Origin: Candidatus Micrarchaeota archaeon | Lineage (GTDB): Archaea > Micrarchaeota > Micrarchaeia > Norongarragalinales > Norongarragalinaceae | Assembly (NCBI GenBank): GCA_016207165.1 | Contig: JACQQD010000009.1 | Location: forward strand, 106,660 to 170,659 | Length of the DNA stretch: 64,000 nt | Direction: 5' to 3' | In this document: positions 56,212-64,000 of the stretch, in pieces | Position numbering within the stretch: position 1 is the stretch's first letter | Layout: each line of letters begins with the position of its first letter | The notes under the pieces: generated by a model | Databases searched by the model: none | What the model was told of the DNA's origin: nothing | What the model saw: only the letters and a program-made list of their open reading frames with translations | Made by a program: the position numbers and the translations under genes

Positions 56212-56302
56212 TAGCAAACCAAGAAAGTTTCCCGACTCTTTTCTTGGTTTGCTAGACAGCAAGACCGGCCTATTTCGTCGTGTTATTTGCCGGTCTTGCT
56301 GT
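56212..56302. repeat. Twin perfect hairpins (possible MITE-like element or structured RNA)
   Basis: 15-bp stem 56212-26/56240-54 and 14-bp stem 56256-69/56289-302, 1 nt apart; TA at 56210-11 and 56302-03. Confidence 0.8.
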
Positions 56303-56316
56303 ATTCTTCAATGGGT

Positions 56317-57558
56317 TTACCGGAGGGGGTGGTTCTCCATGGGTTTGCCCAGCGTCACGGGCAACGAAAGCAGGAGAATGGCCTGTTCTTGGATTTCCTG
56401 TTCCCTGGAAGCGATGCGCGCCGTGACGTCGGCTTCTTTTTGCGTCAAGGTTTCTTCCAAGTGCGTGCATTCCTGGATGGAGGCGTCAAGGGACGCCGCT
56501 TTTTGTTGGGGGCCTTGGACTTGGGCGAGTCGGCGTTCCAGGTCCAAGCGTTTTTCGCGGGCTTCATCATAGGCGTCGGCCCACGCAAGTCGGTTGGAGC
56601 GGAATTCGGCGACCGGCGCGTCGGCGGCGTTCAAGTCCAATCCTGAAAGAAGGGGCTCCAAGTCCTCGCTGTCCAGCAAACAGTCTTTGAGGAAGTCTTC
56701 TTTGACGCGCAGGTATTTTTCGGCGACATTCGCGTAGGCTCCGGGGTCTTTTCCTCGCGCGTATTTTTTCAGGGGGCCTTCCAGGGACTCCAAGACGGCG
56801 TAAAAACGGTTGGCGGCGCGTTGTTCCTCGGTTTTGGCTTGAGTCGCGTCGCGTTGGAGTTGCTCGGTGGCGGAGACGTCAAAGGCCGGGGAAGCGGCCT
56901 TTTCGTCGCGGAGAGCCTTGAGGCGGGATTGCAGTTGGGCTTTCTCTCGGCGCACGCGCTCCAATTGCTCGGAAAGCGTGTCGTCGCCTCGTTTTTGCTC
57001 CAAGGCAAGGCGTTGGCGTTCAAAAGCGCGCACCGGCTCCAACACGTCATGCAGACCCGCATCCAGAGCCAAGAGTTCCTTCATGGCCGCATTGAATTGC
57101 GTCACGTCGCGTTCAAAAAACGCGTAGATGTAGCGGTTGTCCTTGACTACGGTATTGATGGAAGCCAAAATGGAGGAAAATTCTTGCTGAGTTCCGGAAA
57201 GGCCGTCAAAGTCGTCCGGGAAAACCAAGGCATGCAATTGCCGGTGGAGGCCTTCGGTTTTGGCGACGAACGTGCGCTGGTGTTCTTCGGCAATGCGTTG
57301 GTGGGGGCCGGGTTGTTTGGGCGTGGCGCGGGCAATGGCGTCAATGCCTTGCTTCAAACGCGTGACGGGTTCGGAAACTCGTTGAGCCAGGGGGTTGGCC
57401 TTGGTTGCGGCTTTTTCTTTCCAGAAAACCGTTTTGGCGTAGAGTTTGGCAAACGCGTCCTGGCCGGCCCACACCGGTTCGGAAACGGCTTGGGGTTCGG
57501 CTTTGGCCGGGCGGGAAAAAAGTGCCTTGATTTGGGTGAAAAGTTTCTGGAGGGCCAT
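56317..57558 (-). CDS. Coiled-coil hypothetical protein
   Basis: Long heptad-rich Q/E/L/R segments; amphipathic N-terminus MALQKLFTQIKALF; ATG at 57558. Confidence 0.75.
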   Translation of the reverse strand: MALQKLFTQIKALFSRPAKAEPQAVSEPVWAGQDAFAKLYAKTVFWKEKAATKANPLAQRVSEPVTRLKQGIDAIARATPKQPGPHQRIAEEHQRTFVAKTEGLHRQLHALVFPDDFDGLSGTQQEFSSILASINTVVKDNRYIYAFFERDVTQFNAAMKELLALDAGLHDVLEPVRAFERQRLALEQKRGDDTLSEQLERVRREKAQLQSRLKALRDEKAASPAFDVSATEQLQRDATQAKTEEQRAANRFYAVLESLEGPLKKYARGKDPGAYANVAEKYLRVKEDFLKDCLLDSEDLEPLLSGLDLNAADAPVAEFRSNRLAWADAYDEAREKRLDLERRLAQVQGPQQKAASLDASIQECTHLEETLTQKEADVTARIASREQEIQEQAILLLSLPVTLGKPMENHPLR

Positions 57559-57612
57559 GGGACGGCGTGACGATTTTGAGGGGCAGGCTATAACTTTGTT
57601 TGGGCAACCCAA

Positions 57613-58284
57613 CTAGTATCCGAGTTTTTCTTTGACGAGTATGACTTTCGTTCGGTTGGGGTCGAATTCAAAGCCCAAGACCGCGATTTTTGAGATTCGG
57701 CTTCCCATGTTGTACACTTTTTGGGCGCGCAGGTTCTCCAGGGGATACGCGAACTCTTGAATGCGTTTTAGGGCGGCTTCCTGGTTTTCCACGATCTTGT
57801 TGGTGCCCGCCACGATGAGCAGGTGTTTGGCGGCAAAAAGCCATGCGCCCACCCGGCTTCCGGAGGCGTCGCAACCCACGATTTTTCCGTCCTTTGTGAC
57901 GGCCTGGGCACTTGAAACGAAGTAATCCGCCGTGGTGGCCTCGCGCCGCGCGTCGGCTTGCTTGGCGGGGTCGGAGACAGCGAACACGGACGCGTGCAGG
58001 TTGTTCCACGCGTGTTGCTTGGATTGCAGCAAATCGACGAAACCGATTTCCGCCAGGGTGGTGCTGGAGCCGTTCATGACTGAAGCGCCTTGGGGAATGG
58101 TTTTCTTGATTTCCTCCAGGGCCGCGTCAGATGAGTCTACGACTACCGCCGAAATGTGGTTCTGTTTGAGGGCTTGGACGGTTTCATGGATGGTGGAGTC
58201 TTGGGCGAGCTGATTCCATTTGCCTTCGTCGACTTGCACTTCGGCCTTCATTTTCTCCAAACTGTGTTCCACGGCGCTGCCCAT
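57613..58284 (-). CDS. LUD domain protein (LutC/YkgG-like)
   Basis: GSSTTL, ADYFVSSAQAVT.DG.IV..DASGSRV and AGTNKIV. Confidence 0.85.
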   Translation of the reverse strand: MGSAVEHSLEKMKAEVQVDEGKWNQLAQDSTIHETVQALKQNHISAVVVDSSDAALEEIKKTIPQGASVMNGSSTTLAEIGFVDLLQSKQHAWNNLHASVFAVSDPAKQADARREATTADYFVSSAQAVTKDGKIVGCDASGSRVGAWLFAAKHLLIVAGTNKIVENQEAALKRIQEFAYPLENLRAQKVYNMGSRISKIAVLGFEFDPNRTKVILVKEKLGY

Positions 58285-58347
58285 CTCTAAACCACCCTCT
58301 TATCGTACACCCAATACATGCAAAATAGTTCTTAATAAAGACGCGGG

Positions 58348-58842
58348 TTACTCCGCTTTGGCCACGTCCAATTCCGCGGCGCCAATGGACTTGAACGTGG
58401 TGCGCAAATCGGCGCTTCTCATTTTGATGGACTTGGTTTTCAGTCCGGCGTTAAAGGCGGACCAGGGTTGTTTGAAGATGCGGGGGTCCACCAAAATGGC
58501 CATTTTTTCTTTGTGGGCAAACGGCGGCACGGCGCCCAATTCGCACCCGGTTTTCTGAACGACCTCTTCCGGCTTGGCCAGGGCCACGTCCTCGGCTTGC
58601 AAGACTTTTTTGACTTTCTTGAGGTCCAATTTCTTGTCCGCGGGCAGGTTCACCACCACGAAAAAAGTCTGGCCCCGGCGCTCAAACCGCACCAAGAGGG
58701 CCTTGACGCCTTCGGAAAGGGAGGTGCCGCGGGCAAGGGCTGATTCCTCGCTGGTTCTGACTTCCAAATGCTCGATGACTTGGAAGGAAACGCCTTGCTC
58801 TTCCAGGATGCGCTTGAGGTTTTCAAATTCGGTTTGCGACAC
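58348..58842 (-). CDS. YbaK/ProXp aminoacyl-tRNA trans-editing domain protein
   Basis: H..VRTSEESA, VKALLV (conserved K), TGCELGAVPPF (GxxxP) and FNAG. Confidence 0.9.
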   Translation of the reverse strand: MSQTEFENLKRILEEQGVSFQVIEHLEVRTSEESALARGTSLSEGVKALLVRFERRGQTFFVVVNLPADKKLDLKKVKKVLQAEDVALAKPEEVVQKTGCELGAVPPFAHKEKMAILVDPRIFKQPWSAFNAGLKTKSIKMRSADLRTTFKSIGAAELDVAKAE

Positions 58843-58992
58843 CAGGATTGTTTCCCAAGCAAGATTAATATCCGTTTTACTTCAGACAAATCAAATGCCA
58901 TGCATGAAGGCAACCGCTCTGCTTTTCAAGTTTTTTGCAAACGCGGGGTGACCGGGGAAAACCATTTCAATGTTTGGCGACTGACGGAATGC

Positions 58993-59517
58993 ATGATGGA
59001 TCACTTGGCGGAAGCGCAACGCATCCACGGTGAAATCCGGGAACGGTTGGGTTGGCGTGACCACCGCCTTGACGCGGAACGCATGCAGGCCATCGTAGAG
59101 GAATACGAAAAAACGCATGCGTCACGGCAAGAAGAAAGAGGCGGGGAACGCTATTACGTGGCCAATAACGCGGGCCATCGGTTCCTTCGAGAGCACATCC
59201 TGGACGCCTTGAAAAACAGGGGGGTTCAAGAAACGCACGTGGAGTCCATTCGCCGAGCCTTGGGCGAGGTGCTTCAACCGTTTTCTGAAACCGGCTCGAA
59301 AAAAATATTCGCGGAACTTCGCGCCACCAAAAAAGGAAGCCAAGCCTACGGGCATTTCAAGGAAATCGTGCAGGCATTGCTTCAAGACGACGAAGCAATG
59401 AAGAAAAAAATGCGGCAGGCAAAACAGCGTGACGTACGCCAATTCTTCAAGAACGCATTGACGTCAATGAAAGCGGAAATTCTTTTCTCGGAAATAAACG
59501 GGGAGGGCGTTAAATGA
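58993..59517 (+). CDS. Hypothetical protein
   Basis: Helical, charged ORF; start uncertain (58900 or 58993); stop overlaps the next ATG. Confidence 0.6.
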   Translation: MMDHLAEAQRIHGEIRERLGWRDHRLDAERMQAIVEEYEKTHASRQEERGGERYYVANNAGHRFLREHILDALKNRGVQETHVESIRRALGEVLQPFSETGSKKIFAELRATKKGSQAYGHFKEIVQALLQDDEAMKKKMRQAKQRDVRQFFKNALTSMKAEILFSEINGEGVK

Positions 59518-60101
59518 ACGCCACGCACGTCGGCATTTACCACCGCGTTGGAGGCCGCGCCGGAAACGAAACCCATCACGTTTCGTTCCGCTTCGGACAA
59601 GCCGGGGAGTTCAATCCGACGCACCCGGATTGCTTGGGCAAGGGACAGACCCGCCTGATTCACGTGGAAGCCATACCGCAGGAATACGTGGATGAAATCC
59701 GGACGTGGCTCGAGACGAATCCGGCTCTGGAAGAGGTTTTTCCGCCCACGCACCGCTTGATGGGGCGCATGACCATTGACGCGAAAGGAAAAAATGCGGT
59801 GACTCGCGAAGTTTACCCGAAACGCGGCTTAAGCGGGACCAAGAGGTACGCCGACGTTCCGGGATACGGCGCTCATTTGGAATCCGTGTGCCTCAACTAT
59901 TTGGCCCAAGTTCACGGACTTGAACAAATCAGGAGCACGGATCACCCCCAACGCGGACGCCGGAAAGTCTTGGACCGAATCGGGCTGCAGTACGACACGG
60001 ATTACCCCATTTCGTATTGGGCGGAAAAAATGGAGCGATACTTTCAGGAACGCCTTGCGCAATACCGGGAAAAAAAACGAAAAAGGCGCGAAGGACTATA
60101 A
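59514..60101 (+). CDS. Hypothetical protein, possible degenerate GNAT fold
   Basis: VYP..PGYGAHLE..LNYL and RKVLDRIGL resemble GNAT motifs A and B. Confidence 0.55.
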   Translation: MNATHVGIYHRVGGRAGNETHHVSFRFGQAGEFNPTHPDCLGKGQTRLIHVEAIPQEYVDEIRTWLETNPALEEVFPPTHRLMGRMTIDAKGKNAVTREVYPKRGLSGTKRYADVPGYGAHLESVCLNYLAQVHGLEQIRSTDHPQRGRRKVLDRIGLQYDTDYPISYWAEKMERYFQERLAQYREKKRKRREGL

Positions 60102-60128
60102 ACCTGGAAAGCGTTTTCACGGTTCGAC

Positions 60129-61403
60129 ATGAAAACGTCAAGACAGAACTGGTCTTCCCGGACTCTGTTCATCCTGGCGGCCATCGGCTCGGCCGTGGGC
60201 ATCGGCAACATCTGGCGGTTTCCCTACATCTTCGCCACCCAGGGAGGAACCGCTTTTCTTTTGCCGTACCTCATCGTGGTTTGCGTCATCGGCTTCCCCT
60301 TGATGTTGCTGGAAACCTCGGCGGGCCAGAAAATGCGGAAAGGCTTTCCGTCGGCGTTCAAGCAACTCAAACTTCCGTCTTGGGTCGGCTGGATTCCCTT
60401 ATGCTTTGGCCTAGTGATTTTGTCCTATTACCTGGTCATCACGGGCTGGACCCTTTACCACGCGGCGTCTCTGGCGTTGACTGGCACCTCTTCTTTTGAG
60501 GCCTCGGCGTCTCCCCTGGCATCGATTGCCTTTGGTTGGGGCGTCCTGTCGATTTCCATCCTGGTGGCCGTGGCCGGAATCCGCGGCGGCATCGAAACGG
60601 TGTTGAAAATTGCGGCACCGCTTTTCGTCTTGGGCATGCTGGCCTTGCTTGGCTTTTCCCTTTCGCTTCCAGGAACCCTGAGCCAACTCATGGACTTGTT
60701 CGTCTTGGATTTCTCGGGACTGGCCAATCCCACGGTGTGGCTGTTTGCCGCATCCCAAGCCATTTTTTCGCTTTCCGTGGGCTACGTCATCTTGTACACG
60801 TACGGCACGTACCTGAAAAACACGGATCGGCTCGCGTCTTCCATGGCGTGGGTGGCTTTGGGCGACACGTTGGTGGCGGTGTTGGCCGTGGCCGTGACGC
60901 TGCCCATTGCACTGGCAACCGGGGGCACGGGAGGCTTTTCAGTGGCTTTTGATTCGGCGTTGCTCTTGTTCTCGCACATGGAAAACGGGGTTTGGTTTGG
61001 CACCGTATTCTTTTTCCTCTTGTTCTTGGCGGCATTCACGTCCATCATATCCATGATGGAGGCCCCGGTTTTGGCGGCGCAGGATTACTTCCGCATTGAA
61101 CGCCGAAAAGCCGTGGACTACGTCGGACTGGTCCTGCTTCCCTTGATAGCGTTTTCCGCGTTAAGTTATGCGGGCGTTCACGTGGGCGGGCTTCCGGGCA
61201 TCGAGTTCTTGGATTTGTTGTTCGGCAGCTTGCTGGCCCCGGCATCCGCGTTCGTCGTGGCCGTGGTCGTGGCCTGGCGCATGGATCCGGAAGCCTTGTT
61301 TGAAAAAGCGGGATTCAAGTTGCCCGGCAGATTCGTGCAAGTCCTCACACGGTTCGTCATCCCGTTGGTGCTGGCGGGATTGGCGGTCGTCGCGTTTTTA
61401 TAA
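60129..61403 (+). CDS. NSS/SNF family sodium-dependent transporter (LeuT-like)
   Basis: RQNWSSR, GSAVGIGNIWRFPY, GGTAFLLPY, QAIFSLSVG and AAFTSIIS. Confidence 0.94.
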   Translation: MKTSRQNWSSRTLFILAAIGSAVGIGNIWRFPYIFATQGGTAFLLPYLIVVCVIGFPLMLLETSAGQKMRKGFPSAFKQLKLPSWVGWIPLCFGLVILSYYLVITGWTLYHAASLALTGTSSFEASASPLASIAFGWGVLSISILVAVAGIRGGIETVLKIAAPLFVLGMLALLGFSLSLPGTLSQLMDLFVLDFSGLANPTVWLFAASQAIFSLSVGYVILYTYGTYLKNTDRLASSMAWVALGDTLVAVLAVAVTLPIALATGGTGGFSVAFDSALLLFSHMENGVWFGTVFFFLLFLAAFTSIISMMEAPVLAAQDYFRIERRKAVDYVGLVLLPLIAFSALSYAGVHVGGLPGIEFLDLLFGSLLAPASAFVVAVVVAWRMDPEALFEKAGFKLPGRFVQVLTRFVIPLVLAGLAVVAFL

Positions 61404-61439
61404 GAAGCAAAAGAAGACTAGAACGAAAAATGTGAAAAA

Positions 61440-62066
61440 ATGGCAAAACTGACGAAAATTCTGATCGGTCTTTTATTTTGGTTAATTATACTTGCGTCAT
61501 ATCTGTTTATTTGCTACTTGACAACGAAATTTGAGCTAAACGTCCTCTCCTTGCTTTCTCTTGGAGCAACCTGGGCGACATTTGGAGCAGTATTCATAGC
61601 GGGGGGCACTCTCCTACAAAAACAGGCAGAAAGTCGTTGGAAAACCAATTTGAATGCACTATCTGAAATTAGTAAGCAGCCAGTCTGGACCCGCTGGCCA
61701 TTTCTTAAGAATCACGAGACCGTGCCATTATACGCGGGACACAAAATTGTTACCAAAATCTCATACCCGAAACAACGATTCATCTTTTCAAGAAAAGAAG
61801 AACTCACAGTCGAAATTCCAAGTACCAATTATGATTTAGAAGAATTACCCATCATGTCAAAATATCTTGAAATGAGTTCAAAAAAGGAACGGTATTTCAG
61901 AACCTTGAAATCAAAAGAAGACATAATTGATTTTCTAAAATATTCCTGTTTACAGGACTTGCTTAAGTACGCTAGCATCGATCGTATTGCAACCGTTTTT
62001 GTAACATTCGGTATAGCGCTTTCGTTAGGGGCAATCATTTCGGTTTTCAGCCTTATTGCAATCTAA
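61440..62066 (+). CDS. AT-rich hypothetical membrane protein
   Basis: Two N-terminal and one C-terminal TM segment; markedly AT-rich relative to its flanks. Confidence 0.65.
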   Translation: MAKLTKILIGLLFWLIILASYLFICYLTTKFELNVLSLLSLGATWATFGAVFIAGGTLLQKQAESRWKTNLNALSEISKQPVWTRWPFLKNHETVPLYAGHKIVTKISYPKQRFIFSRKEELTVEIPSTNYDLEELPIMSKYLEMSSKKERYFRTLKSKEDIIDFLKYSCLQDLLKYASIDRIATVFVTFGIALSLGAIISVFSLIAI

Positions 62067-62533
62067 TTAAGAAGCCTCAAAGAGGTGTGAAGGGTCATGG
62101 CTCGGCCGACCAAGACGCCGCCCAAGACGGTGAAGGCGAACATGGCGACGGCGGCATTGTTGACTGACGCGCCGAAAAGAGGCACGCGCAGCACCGCCAT
62201 GACGGCGTACACGCTGAAGACCATGGCGGCCATGCGGTTGAGGCGTTGGCCGACTTGTTCATGCGAGTCGCTGAACTTTCGGCTCAGCCAATGCCCAGCC
62301 ACGTACCCGAACACGACGCCCAGCGCCACGCCCAAAAGCAAAAGCCAAAGCGGTAGAACGCCCTGGTAAAAGTCGAAGGCCAACAGCGCGGCGAGGCCGA
62401 AAAGAAACGGGAAGAAGACTTGGATGCGCCAGGAAAGAATCGGGAAAGACGCATCGGATCGGGTAGCCGCCGCATGAACTGGACGCGTTGGCTTGTCTTT
62501 TTTCTTTCGCGGGGTTTTCTTGCGGGAAGGCAT
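62063..62533 (-). CDS. Hypothetical four-TM membrane protein
   Basis: Basic N-terminus MPSRKKTPRKKK followed by four hydrophobic segments; start 62533 or 62545. Confidence 0.7.
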   Translation of the reverse strand: MPSRKKTPRKKKDKPTRPVHAAATRSDASFPILSWRIQVFFPFLFGLAALLAFDFYQGVLPLWLLLLGVALGVVFGYVAGHWLSRKFSDSHEQVGQRLNRMAAMVFSVYAVMAVLRVPLFGASVNNAAVAMFAFTVLGGVLVGRAMTLHTSLRLLN

Positions 62534-62589
62534 CACGTAACCCAACGAATCAAGGGTATAAAAACGCGTCTGGAATCAGCGCGTAGCCG

Positions 62590-62772
62590 TTATCCGTGGT
62601 GGGTTTTGAATTGCAGCACGTCAAGAATCAGAAAGGCCAAAGCGGAGGACAGCGCGATGCCGGCGCCCAACAACGCATCGGATAGCGCCGCGTAGATGCC
62701 GAAAAGAATCAGGCCAAGGGGCACGACGATTTTCGCCCAGAAAAAAAGGGGGCCAAGCGCGTTGAAATCCAT
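62590..62772 (-). CDS. Small membrane protein
   Basis: 60 aa with two TM segments; in line after gnd. Confidence 0.55.
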   Translation of the reverse strand: MDFNALGPLFFWAKIVVPLGLILFGIYAALSDALLGAGIALSSALAFLILDVLQFKTHHG

Positions 62773-62790
62773 GTGCGGTAAACGCCCACG

Positions 62791-63696
62791 TTACTCTTTT
62801 TTGACTTGGTGGCCGCCGAAACCAAACCGGAGCGCGGCGACCAACTGGGCGGCGTACGATTTTTTCTCTCGCGAGCGGTAACGCAAGTTCAACGCCGTGG
62901 AAATCATGGGAGTCGGGGTTTTCTGCTCGATTCCGGTCTGAACCGTCCACTCGCCGGTGGAGCCCCCTTCAATTTCTTGGCCTACCTGCGAAAGATCGTT
63001 GCCGTTTTCCTTCAACGCGTTTTCCGCGAGTTCCATGAGCCAGGAGCGGATGACGGAGCCGTGGTTCCAAACCGACGCGGCCTCGTGTAAATCGATTTGG
63101 TAGTCCTTGGAGTCTTTCAAAAGCTCGAAGCCTTCGCCAATGCTTTGCAAAATGGCGTACTCGATGCCGTTGTGCACCATTTTGACGAAGTGGCCGGAGC
63201 CCGACGGTCCGAAGTGCGCGTAACCGCCCGGAGCGGCAAGGACTTTCAAGGCGGGTTCGACGAGTTTGTAGGCTTTCTTGTCGCCGCCCACCATGAAGCA
63301 ATAGCCTTGTTTTTCGCCGCCCAAGCCACCTGACGTGCCGATGTCCAGATAGTAAATGCCTTTCTTGGCCAGTGGGGGGGCGCGGCGGACGGCGTCCTTG
63401 TAGTATGAGTTGCCGCCGTCCACGATGACGTCGCCTTTTTCCAAGTAGGGCAAAAATTGGGAAATCATGTCGTCCACCGGCGCTCCATGAGGCACCATGA
63501 TCCACACCACTCTTGGCGGATTGAGTTTGGAGACAAATTCTTTGGGCGAGTGGCCGCCTTCAATTCCGTGCTCTTTTTGGAGGGCCTTGGTTTTTTCGGT
63601 GGTGCGGTTGCCGGCCACCACGTGAAAACCGTGTTTGTGCAGGCGAAGCACCATGTGCTTGCCCATGCGTCCAAGTCCCCAGATGCCGAAGCTCAT
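62791..63696 (-). CDS. gnd: 6-phosphogluconate dehydrogenase (decarboxylating), short type
   Basis: GLGRMG, MVPHG, DGGNS, GTSGG, GHFVKMVHNGIEY, SVIRSWL and RFGFGGH. Confidence 0.95.
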   Translation of the reverse strand: MSFGIWGLGRMGKHMVLRLHKHGFHVVAGNRTTEKTKALQKEHGIEGGHSPKEFVSKLNPPRVVWIMVPHGAPVDDMISQFLPYLEKGDVIVDGGNSYYKDAVRRAPPLAKKGIYYLDIGTSGGLGGEKQGYCFMVGGDKKAYKLVEPALKVLAAPGGYAHFGPSGSGHFVKMVHNGIEYAILQSIGEGFELLKDSKDYQIDLHEAASVWNHGSVIRSWLMELAENALKENGNDLSQVGQEIEGGSTGEWTVQTGIEQKTPTPMISTALNLRYRSREKKSYAAQLVAALRFGFGGHQVKKE

Positions 63697-63765
63697 AGCG
63701 TAGAATCACCTTTGTCAAAGCGTTGTAGGTTGCGGACGTTTTTATGGGGTTTGCTTGCACTTTTT

Positions 63766-64000
63766 TTAAAGCGAAATCCAGTCTCCTGGCCTGCTGTAGC
63801 TAATTGGGAGGGCATTTTGAGGGTAGTGACGGCGCACCATGTTGTCCAACAGTTCCAGAAGGTAGGCGTTGGCGGCGGGGCCGTATTCGTGGTTGAGGAG
63901 CATCTGGATGGCTTCAGGGGTTCGTGGAAACACCTTGGATTTTTTTCCGTTCGCCGTCAGCGTCACGGCATCCCATTCCCGGACAGGTCTGGCCTTTTGG
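63766..64000 (-). CDS. Hypothetical protein, 3' part (start outside the window)
   Basis: The frame is open from the window edge to TAA at 63766. Confidence 0.5.
   Translation of the reverse strand, partial: QKARPVREWDAVTLTANGKKSKVFPRTPEAIQMLLNHEYGPAANAYLLELLDNMVRRHYPQNALPISYSRPGDWISL

Noticed and set aside
56045-56302. RNase P RNA, SRP RNA or hammerhead ribozyme
   Set aside because: GGAAAGTT and GGGGCTT fragments are in the wrong order for RNase P, there is no SRP helix-8 motif, and CGAAA occurs without a CUGANGA core.
56212-56302. CRISPR mini-array
   Set aside because: These are inverted repeats with non-identical units, no spacer periodicity and no cas genes in the window.
56063-56572. 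169-aa plus-strand ORF across the hairpin region
   Set aside because: It is an in-register antisense shadow of the coiled-coil gene and the cryptic minus-strand frame, with non-protein-like composition.

Overview
A 64-kb, GC-rich, gene-dense archaeal chromosomal segment. Archaeal evidence: topoisomerase VI A/B next to a Dim2/Pno1 KH gene, archaeal/eukaryote-type ProRS and IleRS, a tRNA-His with a canonical BHB intron, and BRE/TATA promoters on apparently leaderless genes. The mix of compact housekeeping operons and many orphan ORFs suggests a DPANN lineage such as Micrarchaeota, but this is inference and was not tested. The window holds three biosynthetic clusters: de novo purine synthesis of the folate-dependent type (purE class II, purC, purA, purB, purN, folD, purH, purF, purD, purM, purL, purQ), leucine (leuA, ilvE, leuC, leuD, leuB plus a divergent ACT-domain regulator) and aspartate-to-threonine (hom, lysC, asd, thrB, thrC). 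It also has hisS, ileS, proS, a YbaK editing protein, transporters and gnd. The most notable items are: (1) a cyclic-nucleotide signalling locus at 39.7-45.1 kb, with a membrane class III adenylyl cyclase, a class-I-PDE-like HD protein and an HD-GYP protein with a long unknown N-terminus, divergent from a large surface protein, plus an orphan receiver domain elsewhere; (2) a structured 56.0-56.35 kb intergenic region with a TA-flanked 90-bp twin-hairpin element interrupting a cryptic reading frame, and a 17-aa ORF ending in an HbYX-like motif; (3) symmetric bidirectional promoters. No CRISPR array, rRNA, integrase or transposase was seen. All family assignments come from motif recognition by eye; no database searches were run.
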